Below, in pieces: positions 1-9,123 of a stretch of DNA of 28,852 nucleotides. The translations under genes were made by a program, and so were the position numbers. The first letter of the stretch is position 1, and each line of letters begins with the position of its first letter. The stretch is from assembly GCA_037381445.1 (NCBI GenBank), contig JARRQT010000100.1:1-28852 (forward strand), given 5' to 3'. This stretch comes from Calditrichia bacterium. GTDB taxonomy: Bacteria > Calditrichota > Calditrichia > RBG-13-44-9. A model generated the notes under the pieces. That model saw only the letters and a program-made list of their open reading frames with translations, ran no database searches and was not told the DNA's origin.

Positions 1-1465
1 CCGGTTCCTGAAAGTCCACAGTCACCGATTCCTTCTTTTCAAATACCGGCAGTTTATTATCATCCATCAGGTAAAGCCCGCTTTCCAGCTCCTGAGCAGG
101 TTCGTAAAGCGCCTCCTCAACCGGCACCGCGAAGCTCACCAGCGCTTCAGCCATTTTGCCCGATTTGAAAAAGGTAAAACGATACGGCGCATCAAATTCC
201 CCTCCCGGCAGGCTGAAATCAAATGTCTCCGGAATCTCCTGAAATACATTCTGGGCCACCAGGCCGAAATCGACATTCGATCGCTCCTTGAACATGGAAT
301 TGGAACCGGCAATGGGCTCGCTGTATCGATATTCGCCATTCCAGAATTCATCCGAAAATGACAATTGGAATTGCGGGTAAACCCAAATCTGAGAAGGCGG
401 ATAAATGGCATTCACCTCCATGGATTTTGCAAATTCAACAATGTACAGCGGTTTTCCATACCGGATATAGGTTTTCCCCCGGTCGGTCCGCCATCCCTCA
501 ATTTTTAATTTGGGAACGGAAAAGCGGAGATTGGCATAAGCCACCCGTCCGTAATGCTCCAGCAAACGTTCATTCTCCGCCGTAAGAAACATGGGATCCC
601 GTGCTTTCCAGAAATCCGTGGATTGACTGTCAATTTCCGCCAGTTTCTTTTTATCTTTTATGAGGTATTCGGGATTTTGAAACAACTCGATATCCTCGGC
701 TGACATATGCTTCAGGGCCCGCCTGAAATATTGAGACGCATCCGAATATCGGAACTGGGAAAGGTACGCCAGGCCCATAAACAGGTTCAGGTCACGGTCT
801 TCGGGATGATATTTAAGCTGGTCCCTGAATAAAACCGTCATGGCGAGATATTCCTGCGCCTCATAAAAGAGACTGCCCAGCGTATAGGCGGCCTCCTTAT
901 TCTCTTTGTCATAATCCAGCGCCTTGTGAAGATAACTCACACCCAGATCATAGTCTTCCAGGGCATAATCCCGGTAGGAAAGAGGAATGCTGGTATCGGT
1001 ATACCGGTTGTAATATTTGAGCATACTGTCCAGGTAATACATGCCCAGTTCAACCAGTGCCGGGACGAATTTTTCATCCAGCGCCACGACCCGCAGAAAA
1101 TGCTTTTTGGCCTGTTCGGGATTATCGACGGCATTATAGAGCACGCCCAGGGCATAATTGGCGAAAGGATCGTCCTCCAGATGGCGTCCGTATTTCTCGA
1201 TGATTTCCCTGGCGCTGGTACGGTTTTTCAGGCCGCCTTCCGATAACCGGAACAGGCCGGTGAGAATATTCGCTATTGGATTTTGGGGATCTGCTTTCAG
1301 GATTGAATCTGCGCGTGCTCTGGAATCCGGAAAATCGCCGCCCAGATAGAAGGCCTTTGCCGAATCTGCCAATACATCAAGGTTTTCCGCTTTTCCGAAC
1401 GCACCCGAAATCAGAAAAACAAGGAGCGAGGGAATCAGGAAAACTTTACAACTTAATAACCGCAT
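1..1465 (-). CDS. Secreted TPR-repeat, GWxTD-domain protein (3' end runs off the window)
   Basis: Not in the ORF track; translated by hand. ATG at 1465 gives MRLLSCKVFLIPSLLVFLISGAFGKAEN (signal-peptide-like). TPR-like helices follow (ANYALGVLY..AKKHFLRVVALD, AAYTLGSLFY, LFMGLAYL..ASQYFRRAL), then FWKARDPMFLTAENERLLEHYGRVAYANLRF..EGWRTDRGKTYIRYGKP (GWxTD signature). The frame is open to position 1. Confidence 0.88.
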   Translation of the reverse strand, partial: MRLLSCKVFLIPSLLVFLISGAFGKAENLDVLADSAKAFYLGGDFPDSRARADSILKADPQNPIANILTGLFRLSEGGLKNRTSAREIIEKYGRHLEDDPFANYALGVLYNAVDNPEQAKKHFLRVVALDEKFVPALVELGMYYLDSMLKYYNRYTDTSIPLSYRDYALEDYDLGVSYLHKALDYDKENKEAAYTLGSLFYEAQEYLAMTVLFRDQLKYHPEDRDLNLFMGLAYLSQFRYSDASQYFRRALKHMSAEDIELFQNPEYLIKDKKKLAEIDSQSTDFWKARDPMFLTAENERLLEHYGRVAYANLRFSVPKLKIEGWRTDRGKTYIRYGKPLYIVEFAKSMEVNAIYPPSQIWVYPQFQLSFSDEFWNGEYRYSEPIAGSNSMFKERSNVDFGLVAQNVFQEIPETFDFSLPGGEFDAPYRFTFFKSGKMAEALVSFAVPVEEALYEPAQELESGLYLMDDNKLPVFEKKESVTVDFQEP

Positions 1466-1468
1466 ATA

Positions 1469-4046
1469 CTAAGTGCCGTTCTTGATCATTTCTTTCAATT
1501 CATTTAATTTCAGCAATGCCTCGATGGGGGTCAATTTATTCACGTCTACCTTTTCCAGCTCTTTCTCAATAGGTGATTTCTGCAGCACTTCAAACAGGTT
1601 CAGTTGATTTCGGTCCACGCCGGTGCCCGAGCGCCGGTGCGCCAGTCGCGGCATGCGATTGGGGGACATCTCGTTGGATTCCAGGTTCTGAAGCACTTCT
1701 TTCGCTCGTTCCACGACTTCTCTGGGCAAACCAGCCATCCGGGCGACATGAACGCCGTAGCTGTTATCGATTCCCCCCGATTCTATCTTACGGAGGAAAA
1801 TGACCTTGTCTTCCACTTCTTTCACCGAGACCCTGAAGTTTTTTATTCGTGGATACAGCATCTCAAGTTCCGTGAGTTCATGATAGTGGGTGGCAAAAAG
1901 CGTTTTAGCGGCGACATCTTTGCTGTTATGTAAAAATTCGGTGACCGCCCAGGCGATGGACAACCCATCATAGGTGGAAGTTCCCCGGCCAATTTCATCC
2001 AGAATAATCAGACTCTGAGGCGTGGCATTATTGAGGATATTGGCGGTTTCCAGCATCTCCACCAGAAAAGTGCTTTCCCCGAACGCCAGGTTGTCCGAGG
2101 CCCCCACCCTCGTAAAAATCCGGTCTACCACGGAAAGATGAGCTTCCACGGCGGGAACAAAACTCCCAATCTGCGCCAGCAGCGAAATCAATCCAACCTG
2201 CCGCAGGTAGGTGGATTTTCCGGCCATATTAGGACCTGTCAGGATCATGATTTGGGTGTCTTTGTTATCCAATTCGGTGTCATTTTCGATGAAGGGTTCA
2301 TCGGGCGGCAGCAACTGCTCCACCACCGGGTGACGTCCCCCTTTTATATTGATCCTGCTTGAATCATCCACCAGCGGTTTCACATAATGATTACCAAATG
2401 CCACCTCCGCCAGTCCCGCCAGGCAATCCAGCTCCGCCAGCAATTCGCCGTTGCGCTGGATATCCGGGCCGAATGCGCCGGTTTTTTCTCGGATTTCCTG
2501 AAAGAGCCGGTATTCCAGCTCAGTGATCTTTTCCTCCGCGCCGAGGATTTTCTCCTCGTATTCCTTTAGTTCCGGGGTGATATAGCGTTCCGCATTTACC
2601 AGGGTCTGTTTGCGGATGAAATAATCCGGCACCTTGTCCTGATGGGTTTTGGTAACCTCAAAATAGTAGCCGAAAACCTTATTATATCCGATTTTCAGCG
2701 AGGGAATATGCGAACGCTCTTTTTCCTGCTGCTGGATGCGGGCCAGCCAGCTCTTGCCGTCCCGGCTGATGGTCCGCAGCTCATCCAGTTCGGGATGGTA
2801 TCCATCCCTGATGATTCCGCCCTCTTTCAGGCTCAGGGGCGGCGATTCCACGATAGAGGTCTCGATTAACCGGATCACTTCGCTCGGATTTTTCAACTGG
2901 CCGGCATACCAGGTAAGCTCGCGATGTGAGATCGCGTGGTGTCGCACGGCCGGTGGAGATGCGGCTGAGCAGGCGTTCCAGATCGGCAATCTGCCCCATG
3001 ATCTCGCGCATTTTTTTCCGCAGCTCCTTCTGCTGAAAGAATGCATCAACGCGCTCCAGGCGTTCGTGGATAAGCGGAAGGCGTATCAGCGGATGGGTGA
3101 TCCAGCGTTTCAGCATGCGGCCGCCCATGGGGGTAACGGTCTGATCGAGAATGGAAATGAGGGTCCCTTCTTTTCCCTGCCCAAAAATCGTATTGGTGAT
3201 CTCCAGATTGCGGCGGGTTGTGGTATCCAGAATCATAAAATCATCCAGGGAGAGGTAGGAAATGCGCGCCAGATGGGATATTTTGCTCTGGTAATTTTCC
3301 TTCACATAATGCAGAATGCCGCCCGCCGCGATGACGCCCAGGGTCAGTTCTTCGATTCCGAAGCCCTTAAGATTCGGCACCCTGAAATGTTCTTTCAGGG
3401 TTTCGTGGGCATAAACGCGGTTAAAAATCCAATCGTCCAGCTTACTGATAATCCCGTTAATCCGGTTCTTGAAGAGGGAGCTGAAATTTTCGTAGTCTCG
3501 GGCGGGCACCAGGATTTCCCGGGGCGAGATCTGCTGGAAATAATCCACCATCCGCGCCAGCGATACCTCGCTGACAAAATATTCGCCGGTGGAGATATCG
3601 CAGTAGCTGATGCCGCATGATTCATCCTCCACATAAACCGCCGCCAGATAATTGTTGCTCTTCTGGTCCAGAATTTTGTCGGAAAGCGTCGTGCCGGGCG
3701 TAACGACCTCAATGACTTCCCTCTTTACCACGGTTTTGGCCAGTTTCGGATCCTCCACCTGTTCGCAGATTGCCACCTTGTGACCCGCTTCAATGAGCTT
3801 CGGCAGATAAGCGTCCAGCGCATGATAGGGAAATCCCGCCAGCGGCACCTGCGCTGTTTTTCCGTGAGAGCGCTTGGTCAGGGCGATGCCCAGCACTTTG
3901 CTGATGATTTTGGCATCTTCATAAAATGTTTCGTAAAAATCCCCCATGCGGTAGAGCAGAATCTGCTCCCGGTATTTCGCCTTGATGGCCAGATACTGCT
4001 GCATTAAGGGGGTTGTATCCGAATTTTTATTTGATTTTACTGCCAC
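1469..4046 (-). pseudogene. mutS: DNA mismatch repair protein MutS, split by a frameshift/deletion near 2924-2928
   Basis: N-terminal ORF 2781..4046 has TPLMQQY, RMGDFYETF and DLERLLSRISTGRATPRDL. C-terminal ORF 1469..3049 has GGRHPVVE, TGPNMAGKSTYLRQ, DEIGRGTSTYDG and FATHYHEL. The two halves are in different frames; the span of 2578 nt is not a multiple of 3. Confidence 0.93.
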
Positions 4047-4080
4047 ACCAAATTCCTGATTTCTCTAATTGACAAAGTTT

Positions 4081-4109
4081 AAAATACAGATAATTTGCGG
4101 TTATTTCAA
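4081..4109 (-). promoter_or_regulatory. Putative sigma70-type promoter for mutS
   Basis: Minus strand TTGAAA-N17-TATTTT, about 35 nt upstream of the GTG start. Confidence 0.4.
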
Positions 4110-4207
4110 CAGGATAAACAGACTCCGGCAGAAGGAGCTGCGAGATAAGCGGAATAGCCTTTCCCGCGGCCGTGCCGTTCCTGCTGTTCCGCACTGTTTG
4201 GTTGAAA

Positions 4208-7200
4208 CTATTTGACGAACTTTTCGATGGAAGGTTCTATCGGCAGGGTGAAATAGAAATGACTTCCCTTTTTCAGTTCACTTTCGACCCAGATCTCGCC
4301 GCCATGCAAACCGACTATTTCCTGGCAGATGGACAAGCCCAGACCGGTGCCGGCGGATTTCAGGGACAGTTCCGAATCGACCTGCTCATATTTTTCAAAA
4401 ACATAGTTCAGCTTTTCCGGGGGAATTCCCGGGCCGCTGTCATGCACCCCGATACGGGCGTACATCTTATATTCGGACTTGATTTCCTTCTTGAATAGTT
4501 CGGTAGAAATCATAATTTTCCCCCCGGCGGGCGTAAACTTGATGGCGTTGCTCAACAGGTTATTCAATACCTGCTCGATCCGCAGGCTGTCGAAAAACAG
4601 CAGCGGCAGGTTGGGATTCAACTGTGTTTCCACCGTTATATTTTTATTTTTCAGCATCACCTGGTGATTATCGGAAATATTCTCGATGAGTGAATTCAGC
4701 TCGTTGATCTTGGGGTCGATACTGAACTTGCCGACTTCCATTTTTGAAGCCACCAGAAAGTTGTCAATCAGGCTGAGCACTTTTTTAACATTCTCCTTCG
4801 CAATATCAAGCAGCTCTTCCTGCTCTTCATTTATTTCGCCCACTACCCTGGTCCGAATCAGTTCGATCAATCCCTGGATCACAGTCATCGGTGAGCGCAA
4901 GTCGTGCACAATCATGGAATTGAAATCGGCCTTCAACTGCTCCAGCTTTTTGATCACCCGTAAATCATTCAGCACCAGGAAAAAACCGATCTTCTGGCGC
5001 TGCTGATAAAACGGAAAAGCGAAAGTGGACACCGGAACCGCTTCTTCATCCTGCGATATTAATTCCAGTTCCACATTCTCCACATTCTCCTTCCCTTCCG
5101 TCCGGGGATGCATTATCTCCGCCACAATATTCCTGAATTTGTCCTGAACGGACGGGGCAAAAAAATTCATCAGCGGCTTTTTCGACAACTCTTTTTTATT
5201 CCGGCCCACCATCCGTTCAAAGGCAGGATTCACATACAGGATTTTTCCTTCGGTGGAGCAGGTAACCAGCGCCAGCGTCATGGTTTCGGCCAGTGACCGG
5301 TAGCGCTCCTCGGAGGCCAGCAGGTTTTCATAAAGGATGGCGTTTTCAATCGCTACCGCGGTCTGGTTGGCAAAATATTCCAGCGAGACTACCTTATCCT
5401 CATCTGGTTTCAGACGATCGACCGGATCGTGAACGATTAAAAATCCGAGCATTTTTTTGCGGGTTTCAACCGGGATAATCACCAGATCCTGGTTGTGCCA
5501 CTCGGTAATCATTTCATCCAGATATCCCATTCCGTTTCCGTTAATATTGATGGGATGGGAATCGTAAAAATATGAATGACTGATTTTCTTGCAGTTCACA
5601 AGGAATTTATTGAAGACCTGATAATCCAGACTGCTCAGGATGTCAATCGGCAGTTCTTCTTTTTTGTCAAATCCAATTTTGTGGATCGGTTTGAATACTC
5701 TCTTAAAACTGTCGTTCCGCAATATCACCACATCATTCCAGCCCAGTGTTTTGCGGATGCTCTTTGAGATATGCGCCAGAATATCATCAAAATCCTGGTC
5801 CAGCTTCAGTTCGTTCCCCAGCTCAAAAATCCGGGTCAGCTGTTTCAATTTCAGGTTGGCCTCTTTCACCAGATGGGTATCCTCCAGTACCTTTTGGATC
5901 TTGTCCAGGAGCTGGGTGACCTGATCGACCTCCCAGTTGGTGAAGGGGGTTTCTTTTCCCATGCGATTGGCAATGAACACTCCGATTTCATCGTTATGAA
6001 TCCGGATGGGCGCAATCAGCAGATGGTGATATTCCAGTTTTTCAAATATTTTCAGAGTGGATTCGTCGAAATGGCTGTTTTCCGTAACATTCTCCAGCAG
6101 GGAAATGTTCTCCGTGGAGACCTGCACGTTCAGGTGCTGATCTTTCCTCAGAAACAGCATGTTCTTTTCGAGGGATTTCCAGTAGGTGCGGTTTTCCCTG
6201 GCATAGCTGAATTTGGGAAACAGAAAACCAAAACCGCGGTTGATTTGCCAGAAGATGGTGTTTTCCGCCTTGGCAATATCGTTGATCTTCCGGCAGGACA
6301 ACTGGAGGATGGATTCTTCGGAGAAACGATTATAGATGAGCTGCTCGGCGAAATCATCCAGCCCTTTGTCTCCTTTTTCCCAGCGGAAAATATGATAAAT
6401 TTTTTGGGCCAGTAATTCATTTATCTCATTCAGGAAGGCGGCATCTTTCTCAGTAACATCGGATTCATTGGCATTTCCAAGCACCATTCCGCCCAGCCGG
6501 ATTTTGTCAATTTTAATGGGAGAGAAATAGAGCTGTTTGATCCCCCAACCCCACTCTCCCAGCTTTCTGAACAATTGTGGATCCTCAGAAATTCTTATAT
6601 GAAAATTGCCGTGCTTTTTCATCCAGACCTCGGCAAGCTTCTCCAGATTTGGAGTAAGGATTGCCAGATTTCTGCGATGGGGCGGGATGAATTGCACGAA
6701 CTTATCGATCTTGTTCAGCTCCGGTTCAATGGTGAAAAGCGCCCAGTAATCGTAGGGCAGGATTTTGGGCAAAAAATGAATCAAACGCCCGAAAACATCC
6801 CCGATCGAATCCTCCTCATTTATTATTTTTGAAACTTCCAGCAGGTTCGCGGAATATGCCTGTTTCAAAAAATTGCGATGGTATTTTTTCTCCTGGTCGA
6901 GGATGGATTTAATGTTGTAAATAATGACATCGGAGCTGGTGCCGTCCAAAAGCACCAGAGACTTTTTGATTTCGCTCAGGGATTTCAAATGCTCCGGATT
7001 GACATTCGGTGAAACGATAAAAATGATCCATGTATTTTCAAAGGCATCCGATTTCAACAACCTGGTGACTTCGCCATTTTCCAGTATTTTTTGATTGGTA
7101 TAGGTTAAGAAAATGTGCGGTTCAATTTTCTGGATAAAGGTCTCGATTTCCGCCAGGTTGGGGAAAAAGAACATTTCCACATCTTCGTAAAGAATATTGT

Positions 7201-7270
7201 GCTGAATTTTTGAGAACAGTTCCCGGTTCGGAATGTTCACTACAATTTTGAAATAGTTATTCTTTTTCAT
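4208..7270 (-). CDS. Cytoplasmic multi-sensor histidine kinase (degenerate receiver-like N-terminus, GAF domains, PAS, HisKA, HATPase_c)
   Basis: 1020 aa. H-box MIVHDLRSPM, N-box QVLNNLLSNAIKFT, G1 DSGPGI, G2 GTGLGL. PAS motif ILYVNPAFERMVG and GAF end FANQTAVAIENAILY. No obvious transmembrane segment. Confidence 0.92.
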   Translation of the reverse strand: MKKNNYFKIVVNIPNRELFSKIQHNILYEDVEMFFFPNLAEIETFIQKIEPHIFLTYTNQKILENGEVTRLLKSDAFENTWIIFIVSPNVNPEHLKSLSEIKKSLVLLDGTSSDVIIYNIKSILDQEKKYHRNFLKQAYSANLLEVSKIINEEDSIGDVFGRLIHFLPKILPYDYWALFTIEPELNKIDKFVQFIPPHRRNLAILTPNLEKLAEVWMKKHGNFHIRISEDPQLFRKLGEWGWGIKQLYFSPIKIDKIRLGGMVLGNANESDVTEKDAAFLNEINELLAQKIYHIFRWEKGDKGLDDFAEQLIYNRFSEESILQLSCRKINDIAKAENTIFWQINRGFGFLFPKFSYARENRTYWKSLEKNMLFLRKDQHLNVQVSTENISLLENVTENSHFDESTLKIFEKLEYHHLLIAPIRIHNDEIGVFIANRMGKETPFTNWEVDQVTQLLDKIQKVLEDTHLVKEANLKLKQLTRIFELGNELKLDQDFDDILAHISKSIRKTLGWNDVVILRNDSFKRVFKPIHKIGFDKKEELPIDILSSLDYQVFNKFLVNCKKISHSYFYDSHPININGNGMGYLDEMITEWHNQDLVIIPVETRKKMLGFLIVHDPVDRLKPDEDKVVSLEYFANQTAVAIENAILYENLLASEERYRSLAETMTLALVTCSTEGKILYVNPAFERMVGRNKKELSKKPLMNFFAPSVQDKFRNIVAEIMHPRTEGKENVENVELELISQDEEAVPVSTFAFPFYQQRQKIGFFLVLNDLRVIKKLEQLKADFNSMIVHDLRSPMTVIQGLIELIRTRVVGEINEEQEELLDIAKENVKKVLSLIDNFLVASKMEVGKFSIDPKINELNSLIENISDNHQVMLKNKNITVETQLNPNLPLLFFDSLRIEQVLNNLLSNAIKFTPAGGKIMISTELFKKEIKSEYKMYARIGVHDSGPGIPPEKLNYVFEKYEQVDSELSLKSAGTGLGLSICQEIVGLHGGEIWVESELKKGSHFYFTLPIEPSIEKFVK

Positions 7271-7326
7271 GACAGCATGCTTTTTTCAGGGAAGTTCGAA
7301 AGTCCTCTCCGTTTTTTGATTCCAAA

Positions 7327-8091
7327 TTATACATTCATGAGATATATCTGATGCAGGCCTTCCAGCACCAGGTGCGGAAAATAATCTTCGATGTAACGGG
7401 TTTTGGGCTGAATGAGCCTGGCCAGTCCGCCGGTGGCGATGACATGCGGTTTCTCACCCAGTTCATCAATCACATCTTTGAGAAGGCCGTCAATCATTTT
7501 CACGGTACCCAGCATGATGCCCGCCTGCATGCTGTGTTCGGTATTTCTGCCAATCGCTCCGGGCGGAAAATCCAGTGAAATTTTGGGCAATTTCGCCGCC
7601 CGCCGGTGGAGCGCCCAGGCTGTAGTTTCCACACCCGGGGAGATAATTCCGCCCAGATACTCTCCCCTGCCGTTCACGACATCAAATGTGGTGGCGGTGC
7701 CGAAATCGATAATCACCACCGCCTGCCGGTATTTTTGATAAGCGGCCACCGCGTTGCATAAGCGGTCCGCACCCACCGCTGCCGGATCGGAATACAGCAC
7801 CTTGATACCAAGTCTTAAAGTATGATCGACAATCAGCGGCTCTTTCTCAAGATATTTGATGCACATTTTTTGAAAAATGGCAGTGATATTCGGCACCACC
7901 GAGGAAAGCCCGATGCCATCGAGCTTGCTCATATCCAGATTGGCCATGGAAAAAAAGTGCTGGATGAAAACCATGTACTCATCTTCCGTGCGGTTAATTC
8001 CGGTGGCGATGCGCCAGCTTTTCTTTAATTGGCCGTCCTCGAAAATCCCCATTTCAATCTGGGTGTTGCCGACATCCACTGTTAAAATCAT
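7327..8091 (-). CDS. coaX: Type III pantothenate kinase
   Basis: DVGNT, SSVVP, GADR, IIDFGTATTFD, GGIISPG, ATGGLA. Confidence 0.96.
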   Translation of the reverse strand: MILTVDVGNTQIEMGIFEDGQLKKSWRIATGINRTEDEYMVFIQHFFSMANLDMSKLDGIGLSSVVPNITAIFQKMCIKYLEKEPLIVDHTLRLGIKVLYSDPAAVGADRLCNAVAAYQKYRQAVVIIDFGTATTFDVVNGRGEYLGGIISPGVETTAWALHRRAAKLPKISLDFPPGAIGRNTEHSMQAGIMLGTVKMIDGLLKDVIDELGEKPHVIATGGLARLIQPKTRYIEDYFPHLVLEGLHQIYLMNV

Positions 8092-8103
8092 ATCGACTTT
8101 TCC

Positions 8104-8880
8104 TTAATTATGCCCCCAAACGTCTCCGGCAGTGATCAACTGTTCCGTGCCTTCCGATTCAAGCCGGAGGTATCCGAACTGATCAACTCCCCTGATGATG
8201 CCCGAGACCGTTTTATCCTGCAATTCAATGCGCACCGGCTGATTCATAAAAAGCAGCTGTTCTTCATACCTTTTTATAATCCCCTCAAATCCGGACTGAA
8301 GCGCCTGTTCGATTTCATTAAAGTAGAAAGCAAGCAAATCATCCAGCAGGTTCTTCAGGTTCCACTCTCCCCCGGTGAGTTCCCGCAGGGAGACGGCCTT
8401 TTCCTGCAGTTCTTCGGGGAAATCATCCGGCCGGTGATTCACATTCAAACCGATTCCCACCACTACATATTCCAGCGTACTGTTTTTGATGCCGCTTTCC
8501 AAAAGAATGCCGCATAATTTGCGCTGATCAAACATAATGTCGTTGGGCCATTTCAATTTGATGGGAATTTTTTGCGCGGCGCTGCTTCCCTGTATGATTC
8601 GGTTACAGAAATCGCACACCGCCAGCGCAGTTGTCAGGTTGATCAGATTCAAATACTTGATTTCAATTTCAGGCCTGAGAATGACCGAAAACCACAATCC
8701 CAGTCCCGGAGGGCTGTTCCATCTCCGCTGATACCGGCCCTTTCCCGCAGTCTGCCCGGCAGCAACCACTACCGTCCCGGCGGATTCGCCCGCCCTGGCC
8801 AGCCTCTCCGCCTCGGAATTCGTGCTTTCCAACTGATCGAAGGTGAGTATTTTTATGGGAAAATGTTCGCCTGCTTTCAT
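8104..8880 (-). CDS. birA: Biotin--[acetyl-CoA-carboxylase] ligase without an N-terminal HTH
   Basis: STNSEA, QTAGKGRYQRRWNSP, LKWPNDI, KLCGILLES, VGIGLNV, AGDV. ATG at 8880 (preceded by AAGGG) preferred over the ORF-track start at 9003. Confidence 0.93.
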   Translation of the reverse strand: MKAGEHFPIKILTFDQLESTNSEAERLARAGESAGTVVVAAGQTAGKGRYQRRWNSPPGLGLWFSVILRPEIEIKYLNLINLTTALAVCDFCNRIIQGSSAAQKIPIKLKWPNDIMFDQRKLCGILLESGIKNSTLEYVVVGIGLNVNHRPDDFPEELQEKAVSLRELTGGEWNLKNLLDDLLAFYFNEIEQALQSGFEGIIKRYEEQLLFMNQPVRIELQDKTVSGIIRGVDQFGYLRLESEGTEQLITAGDVWGHN

Positions 8881-9056
8881 GCCCTTTTTTCGGATTTCGT
8901 TATGTGTAAACCAAATATAACCAATTCTCGGTATTATACAAAAATAAATATCCGGGTCAGCTTTTTCAAAGCCAAGATAAATAAATATTTTCAAAAATTC
9001 CACATTTGCGGCAAAAAGATTTCTGAGTTTGCGGACTTTCGATCGGCCCCGTCAGC

Positions 9057-9085
9057 AAAAAGGCTGCCCGGATGAACAGCCTTTC
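9057..9085 (-). terminator. Intrinsic terminator downstream of the mutase gene
   Basis: Minus strand AAAGGCTGTTC-ATCC-GGGCAGCCTTTTT: a hairpin with a U-tract. Confidence 0.65.
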
Positions 9086-9123
9086 ATGCTACATAAAAGT
9101 ATATATTTACGGGTTTGAATTAA

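Noticed and set aside
2915..2940. Programmed ribosomal frameshift or phase-variable tract in mutS
   Set aside because: There is no slippery heptamer or simple repeat at the junction, and about 20 conserved residues are missing, so frameshifting alone would not restore the protein
2736..3620. Long antisense ORFs (e.g. 2736..3620 +, 14860..15963 -, 17274..18287 -, 19183..20043 -, 28451..28837 -)
   Set aside because: They are shadow frames opposite well-conserved genes and have no recognisable motifs
8881..9003. N-terminal extension of BirA as a repressor HTH
   Set aside because: It is AT-rich intergenic-like sequence with no HTH pattern; the ATG at 8880 has a plausible RBS
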